A stretch of DNA of 64,000 bases from Lepidodermella squamata (Eukaryota; Animalia; Gastrotricha): positions 1 to 64,000 of the forward strand of contig JBLDXI010000060.1 of assembly GCA_047495785.1 (NCBI GenBank), written 5' to 3'. The notes under the pieces are model-generated. The model was not told where the DNA came from, did no database searches, and worked only from the letters and a program-made list of their open reading frames with translations. The first letter of the stretch is position 1, and each line of letters begins with the position of its first letter. A program made the translations under genes and the position numbers. Shown one piece after another: positions 23,685-34,796 of the stretch.

Positions 23685-23826
23685 TGACGAAATTGCGAAA
23701 TTGTGAAGATATTCTTTATTGAGCAGTGTTGAAGGTTCTATGATAAAATGAACTGATATTGGCTTGATATCATAAAATAAAACCAATGATTTTTATTACC
23801 ACTGTCGGCCTGCGGCCATCGACAGT

Positions 23827-24828
23827 TGACGGGGAACTCCGTGACTTTGTCAAGCACGCGGGCGCGTCTGACATTAAACATGCATAACCTACGTATAATT
23901 TTTTCGTGCACACCCATGATCCATGATGGTTGACTTGGCATTAGGGTCCATATCACGCATCTTATCAAGTTACGTAGTAGCCCGGGCTATTATTTGAGAT
24001 GGGCTTGCAAGTCAATGTATCGTTTTCAGGAAGCTTCAATTCAGGATGAGCTACAAATCACGAATGTGCAAGTATATGAACATTTACGTGTTAGTCACAT
24101 TTGCTTACTCAGTAAAAGTAGAGCGCATACGTAGCGTAGGGGTTTTTACCAAACGTGAGCGGGTCAGGGGCCAGGGAACGTGCTACCACCGCTAGTCGCA
24201 GGCCAGAAGTTGCCATGTCACACAAGCCGAAAAACAGTACGAATTGCATGTGCCCGGGAGACTTTTCATAGGAGGATTGAAAACAGGTGAAAACATTGAA
24301 AACAGACGACTGATGACGCCATTTCACAAGAGTTAGCATGTTGTTAGCATGCGCCGAAGTCGCGCGCACAACTGCACGCAGCATGCAGTGGCAACACTGC
24401 ACATTTTCTACTGGCACACCTTAATCCTGCTGAAAATGGGGTTTATTTTTTTATCACTCCCTGCTGATGCCTTTTGACGACCTGTGGACCGACTGAACGA
24501 CTCGCGACAACAAGAGTTCCCCGTCACTCTCATTTTTATTGATACTTACTAATCCTCCTTACACAAACATACACACCTGCGGCAATCTTGAACACGCCTT
24601 TTAATCTTCAGTAATAAGAATAAGCAATAATCGATGGTTGTGAGACAGTTAGTCTGTTTTTTTTACGTACACCACTATCCTCGTTGACGACACACCTAAC
24701 AACGGAATACAGCTTGCATCGGGTAACTGTGACTACCGCTATCCTTTTTTAGGTACCCCACTATCCTCCTTGACGACCGACAGACCGACCGACCGAACAC
24801 GACCTACGACAACGGGAGTTCCCCGTCA
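23827..24828. mobile_element. Non-autonomous TIR element (TGACGGGGAACTCC...GGAGTTCCCCGTCA) with a duplicated right end
   Basis: Inverted termini at 23827-23840 and 24815-24828, plus an internal second right end at ~24506-24526. No clear TSD. Confidence 0.5.
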
Positions 24829-24874
24829 TACGTGGTTTATTTCTCTTTTTGGTAATCAATAGTCCATCCAACTA

Positions 24875-27800
24875 CAGGGTGCATCTGTGAAAGTGGCTGA
24901 AATGATTATACTAAGTACAGCACTTTTCAGCTATATTTGCAGCTGACCCACTTTCGCGAATTTTTTTTGTCCGCGTAACACGATTTCAGTTAGCAATAAA
25001 ACAGCTTTGCATCGTAAAGGCTGATACCCTGAGCGACAATTTCGGGCCTTTTAACTGCCTCAATCAAAAAAACTAAATATGCAAATTAGCGAGAGTTTGT
25101 CTGTGAACAGTATTCTGTCAAAAGTCTAGTTTTTTGCCGAGCTGGACAGTTTTTCCGAGTGGTTTTCCGCGGTGAGAGTTTTTCTGGTGAGAGATGGTTT
25201 CTACCTTGCTGTCACTTGCTCATCGCTAATAGAACTTTCACTTGGGGCCATTTGTACTTCACATTCACTATTAACAATGCGGCTTTCACTCTCTGCTTTA
25301 AAAAAGACAGTTTTACCCTTCCGTCGATGCAAAGTATCATTTTATTCATCAAAACTGATCAATAGAAAAAATTGAAAAATTGTCAAGTTAATAGTGTTTC
25401 ACGAGACGCCATGATCGAACAACGGCTGAGACTGATGCAGAAACCGCCACTGGAGCAGGTCAGACGAAACTATAGAAATTGATTGAAATTAATAATTGAA
25501 ATTAATTAAACACGAAAATACCTTGTTAATTGTTCATCGATATTACCGTTACGAATTGTTGACCGGCTCGTTAAGTCTGGTTCGACAGCTAAATCGAATC
25601 GCGGGACAAACCTTTGAAAATTGCGGGTAAATTAAAGAAAATCGAATTAATATCAAAATTACCTTGAAAATTCGATAATTATCTGACTTGTTCAAATTGC
25701 ATGGTCGACACACCTGGTAGCAAGGCGGCGGGGATTGATGAAGCTCAAACTGCGAAATTGAGGCCGGAAGAAAAATTCTTACTAAATAGGACATAGGAAC
25801 TGATGTTTTGAAATTTAAAACAAAAATAAGATGATTGGAATGAAGCAAAAAGCCACATTTTTGAAGCATGGCGTGATTACGCAACACCCTGAGGCTTGTG
25901 TGCACAACAATCGAGCGCCATAATAACAATGATTTTGCCCTATTTCAGCTTTTATTTAGAACGACAATTTTCAGTCATTAAAAATTTGGCTTTTACGAAA
26001 TATCTAAATTATCGAATTTTGCTGGCATTCTTATATTCTTGATGGTTCAGGCTGAAAACGATAAAAATTCGGTTATTTTCAGGATCCAGGTAAAATAATT
26101 AGGAAAAATTAGGAAAAATCGTGGAAAAACGAGACATTTTATGATAAATAAAAACAGTTTGATCCCGAAAGGTAGAAGGCAGTTTTTCGAACCAGGGAAT
26201 TTTCCGCAATGAAAACTAGACGTCGAGCCATCAAATTTCGTTCACTTTCGTTCACTATATTTCTCACTTCGCAGTGAAAATAAATAAAAGTCGAAAGTTT
26301 TTCAACTGCGCGACGAAGAAATATTTCACATGGAAGTTAACTTCGGGTCGCAAAAAAAATGCCGCGAATTTCCCAAGTTTCATGAAAAAACTGTGTCAAT
26401 TTCGCGAAATGACTGCGGATTCCTGCTTTAACTTCCAGTTTTTTCCAAAAACTGCAGTAAGTTTTGAAAAAATGTGAAAAATGACAGTAAACGGCGTTTT
26501 CAGGCAGTTTCCTGCAATTCCCACTGGAACTTCGCAGTATTTCGCAAAAAACGTGCACTTGCTGCTCAGGGTAATTAGATGATTCACTCATTGTTAAATA
26601 GAGTTTGAAGAAATCGAAGGGGCCGAAGAGCTCGTTGAATTTCCAAAACTGATGAAAGTTGAGTCAAAATTCGTCTTAGGAAGCTATACTTATGTGTGCT
26701 TGAGAAGAAGGCGAGTCTGCTGGTTCTGCCTCCAAGGTGATGGTGGTCCTACCGTAAATTGTGATCGATTTTCGAACAACGTTAAAGTGTTATCTGCTCT
26801 AGATGAGGAAAAAATGACAAACAACATCCAGCCAATTTTTTGTCAAACTTTGCTGACATTTCTGAACACGCGATAGGACACGAAAGTAGGAACTCTATAA
26901 TAGCTGCGACCGCGGCCAAACTGAGTCAAGTTAGGAGAAATTGAGTAAAGATTAGCACCCATTAATTTCAAGGTTACAGCGCTATCGGATACATGTTACC
27001 TGTTTGAATCGGTGTTACTTCATACAGGGTATTTCAAACAGTGATAATTTCATACAGTGATAGTTTCATACATTTTTACATTAAATCGTGACTATTTCAT
27101 ACAGTGTCAATCTGGACAATGATTTTTCGTAAATATCAGTGGAAATCGTGATTATTTCGTACAAAACAAGGATTATTGATTTTAACTCATGAAATCGTGA
27201 TAATTTCATACCGAAAAGGCGGGAGATGTAAATGAAACGCGTGTTAAACGAGCTATAAAGCGGCTCAGGAACCATAATCCAGCTTAATACCTCTTAATTG
27301 CTACTTACTCGCTACCATGCTTTTCTCAATCTTACGGCATTTACTGTCTTTGTTTATCGTATGCGACGTATGCGGTAAGGATTGCCCCACTGAGCGCGGC
27401 TTGAAGATTCACAAGACGAAGATGCATCCAGGTAAATAGCCGGCCCAATGAGTAAAATTTGTAGCTAATAAGTCGCTGTATAGTAGGAAAAGCCACACCG
27501 GCGTCTACATCTTCTACGCCGGCAATGAGCCGCCAAACTTCAGTTGCAATGGAGTTCGAGGACTCTATTCCCATGGCCTCATCCTTAGTCTCTTCATTCT
27601 CACAGAACGATTTCACCTTCAACATGAACAACTCGTTCATGCCAAGCGTCTCGTCTACTCCTGCCCGCCTCGCCGCCCCTGATCAAACCATGTTCCAGCC
27701 AATGTTTCAACAGTTCGCTCAGTTCATGAGATGGATGCAGCCAACTGCGGCTATGCAAGCTCCGCCTCCGCCGCCACCGGTGCCGGCTACCTCATCTGCT

Positions 27801-29890
27801 ACTCAAGCTACTCAAGCCGCTCTGGCGAAGAAAAAGCCTGAAGAGATTCCCAATTACTTCATAGGCAGTACTCGCGGCAACAAGGTATGGTTCAGCAAGG
27901 GTCACCTCTACAACTGGATCGATGATCGATGTGGTTTCCGCTGCATGCGTTGTTCGAAAGCTGGTTTGGTCTTGAATGCTGATGGGACGGAAGTCGTCGG
28001 AGTTGAAGGTCGTCACGATGATGTTCCGAACTACTACGCCGGCCTGAGCTATGCCGTTATGTACTGGATAAAATCGGCGATCAGAACAGAAAAAGGCAAG
28101 TCTGTTCACGATGTATACAACGACAAGGTCGGGAAGATGTTGGACTTTGGCGAATATCATGGTTTAGAACGGTCGAAACTAGTCACTGCTATTCCTTGCT
28201 ACGAGAATTGCAAGCGGACGCTTTACCAGCACTTCGATCGCTGTCAACCGAAGAAGCCGAAAACCGTCGCCAAATGGTTCGATCAGCTTAGCTCAGGAGC
28301 CGAGAAGGTCAACCAGTATCGCTTCAACAGCCGCAACCAGCTCTTCCTTCGCCATTTCGAGATCGTTCGGAATATCAAGGTTCCCGGAGCATTCGCTGTT
28401 TACGCGACCGATGCTGGTTTGATTCGGATGGCTCAGTCAACTAGGACGTTCGTAGATGGCACCTTCAAATGCGTGCCAATTATCTTTTACCAACTACTCG
28501 TATTCTTGACTCTGTTGAAGGACAAATTTGCGGTTGCAGCGTGCTACGTCCTCATGACGAACAAGTCTCAAGAATTGTACGTCAAGGTCTTCCAGTACCT
28601 CAAAGGCGAGATGCTCAATCTAGTTCCATCAATCACGCAACCGCTAACAACTTGCGACTATGAACTTTATGAACTTTATGAACTGCAACTTTATGAACTG
28701 GTTTAAAGTTGTAACCGAGGAGAGATTTTGTGTTTATCGAAAGGAATTTCGCACTAACAACTTTGCAGAAGGCAACAACAACAAGATTAACACGAAGGTT
28801 GGAGTGAGTCACCCTAATGTCTGGCGCTTTTCGAATTCTATGCTCGAGCTAGAAAACGATTCTCGAGTTGTTATCGACCAAATCACCGCAAACACCTACA
28901 AGCCGGCTAGCTCCGGAATCAAGCTTTATGCAAAAATATCGAACTTGATCAAGCTGCGCTGGGACGAGTTCGATTGTTCGAACAAGCTTACTCCAATTGA
29001 GTTCTTGGATGCGGTTTCCGATGCGCTTTCTCAACTCAAGGAGAAGAAGCCAAAGGCGAAAGAAGACTTTCGCGAACTGGCCCCTTTGGACTTTGTTGAT
29101 CCTGAGGGTGAAAGTGAAGATGATAATAATGGTGATAAAGATGATGATTAACGGTTAAATCTGTTTTCGGGTTGTAGAGAAAATAAAGTATGAAATTATC
29201 ACGATTTTCGTTGGTAGAAGAATAAAGTATGAAATTATCACGATTTTCGTTGGTATTTGTTTTCGTATGAGAAAGTCACGAAAAAATCAGAAAAATGTCA
29301 TGAAAATATCACGAAAATAATGTACGAGTTACTACTGGTTTTGTATGAAATTATCACTGTATGAAGTACCCTGTATGAACTAACACTTTTCCCCTGTTTC
29401 GATCAAGTAGCTCGCAATAATCCCAATTAACATCGATTTCAGGATTTGCGAAATGAGGTCAGAAATAGCTTGATATTTCTGGAAAATTGATTGCAATGCC
29501 TCGCAGATTATTTTCGCAAAATTCGCTGTATTTTAGTTGTTGAAAATAGCCTTTACAATTGTGCTCCATTTCAACGCTTCAGCTATTTTCTGGAAGTTTT
29601 TGTCACCCATAATTTGCTACTTATTTGCTACTAATTTGCAACTTATTGGCAGGAGCAGTCTTATAGGACTCGAAATAAAATTTACGTGTACTATTAATGA
29701 AATTTACCCCACATTGTAGATGATTGCAACCAAGATTGAGCCTTTTTCATCTCGGATGACACAGAAAAATTGAAAAGCAGCATTAACAGGATATCAAGTG
29801 CGGCAATGCGCAGTACTCCATATAGAAGCGTACTAAGTGCGAATGACATTTTATTGCTACGATTACGGCCACTCTAACAGATACACCCTG
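24875..29890. mobile_element. Tc1/mariner-like non-autonomous element carrying a nested MULE
   Basis: TA|CAGGGTGCATCTGTGAAAGTGGC ... GCCACTCTAACAGATACACCCTG|TA: imperfect TIR of about 30 bp with a TA TSD. Confidence 0.65.
27006..29392 (+). mobile_element. Mutator (MULE, Phantom-like FLYWCH) element with an internally deleted transposase (27525-29151)
   Basis: TIRs GAATCGGTGTTACTTCATACAGGGT.. / ..ACCCTGTATGAACTAACACTTTTCC, with subterminal GTGATAATTTCATAC repeats and a CCTGTTT direct repeat on both flanks. Protein motifs are FVDGTFKCVP..FYQL, TTCDYE, RTNNFAEG and HPNVWRF. Confidence 0.9.
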
Positions 29891-29916
29891 TAGCTTATAG
29901 CCAGCTCTTCTCAGCG

Positions 29917-31106
29917 TCAATGCAACATGCGCGCAAAAAGGATCGAGTCAACGATCAGTAACATCGTCCCATCAATTCCATAGATTATTGCGTCCAGAAC
30001 TCGGATGACCCTAACCCCTGCCAGGTACTCGGGGCCCCAGAACAGCTTTCGTCGACACCACGACTTGGTTGCTAAACTAATAGCGGCCAATGAGTAGAAT
30101 GATAGTATGACTCCGGCTGACAGCTGAGCTGTAACGAAAATCACAGCGTAAGGTATTTTGCTCGTCTTAGGGATCATATCAACGATACTCGACTGCAGGA
30201 CAGAAAATGCGAGCAGTAGAGTGACGCAATACATTGCTCGATCGGGCGATTCGGGTTCGATGAAAAATGACCCGAACAGAAGGGCAGAGAGAGCGAAGCA
30301 CGGGAAGAAAATGTTGACAACGTAAGAGCCAGGCTTACGGCGTATTTCGATTTCGAAAAAGACCCGATCATAGGATGTATCCGCATAGGCTTCGTATGTA
30401 ACCCTTTCTGAGCCGATGCTGAAGTTCACCAGTGTCCAAACTGCTGTTGGAGAAATAAATGGAGCATCTGCAGAGTCTGTGATGCTTGAGAAGGTTTCAT
30501 TCAGTGTGATTGTTTGAACATCGATTCTTTCGTTTGACTCAAAGAGCACTGGACACTTTTGAGTATCAAAAGGAAACTTTTCGAGGCTGAAAAACGGTTA
30601 TTGGTTTTACAAGAAAAAAAGGGAATTGAGCATTACTCAAGCAAGCAGAAAGTGGATAGGCTGACGCTTGTTACCATGCTAACGAATCCAGAACTATAGA
30701 ACGCAAAACCAGCACAATTCTCGTATGGTTCTTTCATCGACATGTCAGAATCTGCGTTGATAAGGAAGAGGGAAGGTCTCCAGGTTTCAGAGGTATCAAC
30801 TCGAAATTGCTGAGTGCCAGCCCAATCTTGAGGGTCCCAACTAACACATGGGTGTTGGTAGTTGATCGAAAATATAAGCAGAGTGTTGAGTCTCTCTTCG
30901 CGTTCATCGAGTTGCCGCAAACGAATTGGGTTGAACACAATATTTATCTCTATTGCATCGCCGCCACGTTTTACTGGCCTTGCATCCGTTAGAATGCCGC
31001 AACTATTCGCAAAGTGTTGCTTTAATAACCCTTCATGCGGCCAAAATGCGGCCTCTGACATTACAGCATCTACAACTATCAACATCAAAAGCGGGTGAGG
31101 AAGCAT
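29917..31106 (-). CDS. Second divergent Cys-loop channel subunit, about 379 aa
   Basis: Exons are 31106-30637 and 30586-29917 (50-nt intron at the same position as in the paralogue). Cys-loop CLLDLEKFPFDTQKC; M2 DRAMYCVTLLLAFSVLQ. Confidence 0.9.
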
Positions 31107-31437
31107 AATATTTGATTCGACTGCATTTTTTCAGTAAATTCTCTTCAAGAAGTCGGATTATGTAATGTCAACATCGTTAGTTAAACACTCCCACATACGA
31201 TTCACTGTTCGATAAACGAGTGTTTGCTCATTCAGACAGGCATAGACACTGTTTACTATGACAATAAATCGCATGAAAGAGCAAACAAATAACTTGAATT
31301 AATTTTCCGCGCGTTTTTTTAAATTGAGTTTCGGATTTCTATTTTCTGGAAACTCATATTCTACAGAATGCTTTATTTTAGAACATTGATAGGTAGGATG
31401 ACAGAGAAAGCCAAATGTTAACTTGGAGTCGCATCAA

Positions 31438-34185
31438 TCATATCGCCAGGATTCTGAGTCCAAACAAAAGATACATTAGCAAGGATAAAACTGCGGAATG
31501 ATTTTTATATCCACAGTTGGCGTTAGATGTGCTCCCTTGAGCTTTTTTCGTCTCTTTCCTAGAATCAGGAGAAGAAAGGACAGGTGGCGCAGGTGTTGGC
31601 CCATCCATACGAACGAGATTAACCTGTCCTAGACGTGATATTCGGAGACCTGGTAATAACTCTTCGGCTTTCTCTTTCAGCCTATTAACAGCAATTTGAA
31701 CTTTGTCAGCTATTTGCTCTTCCGTTAGTTGAGTCAAACTCCTCAGAACGACGATATAATCCGCTATTATACTGCCCTTCCTGAATCGAACTATAGTGAC
31801 ACTGGTTATAGTCCAGCCATTAGCTGAAGCGGCTTGATTCATAATCTTTTGGATGCCGGGTGATATGTAAGCTGCAAGAGCTTGGAAAACAGCTGAATTC
31901 GGATCATTCAAAGACGGATCCCAAGGATCACTGATAATGTCAAGCCAAATATCAGGTATCGTCAAATTATCCCCAGTTAGGCTCAAATTCATAAAGAGCT
32001 CGTATGTGAACGGCAAAGCTGGGTAAGGATCCGCTGTATTCGTCCGAACGGTCGGTGTTGACGTTACGGAATTTATAGTCAACGTCGCGTTGCATTTCGA
32101 ATTGGCACCGCTGTAGTAATACTTGGATCGATAAAAGTAAATTGGAGGAGTGTCATCTGCAAGATTGATTGGTAAATCCGCTGCAACGCCATATCGCAGT
32201 CTCGAGGGGATACAGTTGAAATCAGGAACGTAAGTTTGAAGGATCGGCATAGCATTGTCGGCTCGTTGGATGAAAATGAAGAACATATTTCCAGCTTTTT
32301 CAATGATTACAACTTCAGGCTTGAATTGAAACGCCGTAGACGTAGCTATGACTGTTTTAGAATTCGTAGCTGGGTCCCGGGCGTAGAGAACCATTTGCTT
32401 CGAGCTCAGGTCAAATCGCAGAGATATTCCGAAGAAATTCCTTTCGTCAACATTGAAGGGCTTGTTTTTGAAATCACCATTCGCGAGATCAAGGGTCGCA
32501 TTCTCGGCGACTACGAAAAATTCAATAGAACCGGCGCTTCCTTCGACGTAGACGAGAAATTCAATGCGCCAATCTTTCGTTGAGTCGAGCAGCTTTAAAA
32601 ACTCGCTATCATAAAAACAAGGTTAGAAAATCTGAATGTAAATATACCGTGTATGCCCAGGCCGAGCCTTGATGGCCTACAAATGCGAGTCTAATCGATA
32701 ACCCCGCTTCAGTTTGCGTTGCAGCCCCTCGAAGGTAGAGTTTATCTTTCGTTATAAATGCAATCCAAATAAATGTCAAAATTCAATTAAAAATGAAACT
32801 CACGGCTGTTTGAAATGCTAATCGATCTTGAGGAATCGTATTGCCAAACAGCGCTTTGAATACCTTTCATCAATGGTGACACGGAAGATATCGCTGAGAA
32901 ATAAGAAAAGATGCATAATCCATAACAAGAAAGTGTAGCTTCTCACTCATCATGCACTGCTGATACAGCAGTTCGGCCGATTTTTCGTCGACGTGCGCAA
33001 TGTTGAAGAAACTGAGACACGCAATTCTTGCATTTGGACTTCCGGTTTCACCCGTGTTCCTGATTTGAACAAAAATTGTTTCCCAGCGTTAGATTCATAA
33101 GCCCTAACCTATGACCAATATAAATATCGGAAGTAAGAGAAGAGTTGAGGCTCCAGTCGCTGACAACAGAGCTAAAGGCTGTGTATGATACAGTTCCGCC
33201 TGCCGTGTTGATAACGGCTAGTTTTTTGCTGACTACAACTAGCAGGCAAAACGTCCAAGAATTAGGTTCTTTTAGCGGGACACTATAGAAGTCATTGTAT
33301 CGGTGGATAATGAGCTGCTTGGAATCATATCTGACAGCAACATTGTTAAGCCCTGAATTGTCGATACTAATAAGCCAACCGGGCCATGTTGCTTTGAACA
33401 GAAAACCCATCGACCAGTTTTTGCCGCCGATCCCACCAAATTTACTTGCATAGACATAGTCTGAATCTTTGTTGCTGAGAATCAGCCCAGTCATAGGGAA
33501 GTTTCCGGTCGGAGCTTCAAAACTCATGCTTCCTGAAACGTTCAAGTCGAGTGAATCTCCAGAGGGTGTACTGAAGTTAGTATCGTAGGTGAGCGGCCAA
33601 TACCCGGAGATGGACGCAGGGCTGTACACTGATTGCTCGCCACAGGTTGAGTTTCTAAGGCCTGGTAGCCATTCCCCGTTCAAGCAAGTCAGCTCTCTGT
33701 AGAAACCGTTCTTGCAAATTGGGCGAAGCAAGGTTAGGTGAGGCTTGTTGGTAGTCTGAGCCGGGTACACACCACTCCACGTACCTGAGGAGGAACTGAC
33801 TAGATTGCCAGTTGTATTGGCCTGACCACCCCCTCTACAGCTAGCATTAAACACTCCAACGTTCTCTAAACTCTCAGAAAATAGTAGGATAAATGAATAT
33901 TCGAAGTTTTTTACTGAATTCGCTGCAAACAGGTACTTTTTGAGACCATTTCCGGTTATCTATGCATCTTAGAGCACTTGTGCTAGGCGAAGAAGAGCAG
34001 CTAAGCAAAATCTCAATTCCGACGTAGAACGACGTGTTGCTGGCCACATTGAATGGCTTACTGCTGAACCGTAAATCTGTGCTGTAAACACCTGACATCA
34101 GTGGCTCATCCAGCGCTGGCCATTGGCATAGCTCAACAGCGGAGGATGAGCTAGCGATGAGTAGCAAGCACATAAAGCAAATCAT
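31438..34185 (-). CDS. SEA-family paralogue C
   Basis: Signal peptide MICFMCLLLIASSSSA, CCP-like exons, ISGYWPL, WRIEF, VRFRKGSIIADYIV and a hydrophobic C-terminus. Same exon plan as B. Confidence 0.85.
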
Positions 34186-34796
34186 TGTGTTCTTATTCCA
34201 AAACAGAATAAATAACGCGCGATATATCCGCGCGGCTCGGAGTTCGGTTCTTCATATAGATTGAAGAATAAACAATCAATTTTTCAAAATTTAACGACCG
34301 AAGATATTTTAAGAGCGGAAGGCTAACCTGGAAAGTGTATGCCTATCGTGAGCGGCTTCATCATAGAGCTACTTTCTGATAACAATCTGTTTTGCTTATT
34401 TCTGACTTTTTAATAAGCTTCACGTCAACATCTGAGCTTCAGTTTAATACAAGTAATAAAAATTATCGAAAATGCAATTTATTGCCAGCGCAAGCTTTAT
34501 CTAAGACTGGAGTTAATAAAATTTGAATTGAGCCGAGATAAACAAATTAGTAATACGTTATACGGTATGAAAAAAGCATACTTACGTGTTATAGAATAAC
34601 GCGCAATCAGGAAAAATATTAGGAAAACCGAGAAAACTCGATGGTATATTATTCGGTGATTTTTCGTGCATTTCCCTGTTTATAGTCACTTCTATCCGAT
34701 TTTATCTTGACCGCTGATTTTCTATCTCTCTATATGGCTATTTTCAATCTTCTCAAAAGATTCCATTAACTTGCCCAAGAGTTTGTTCGATAGGAG

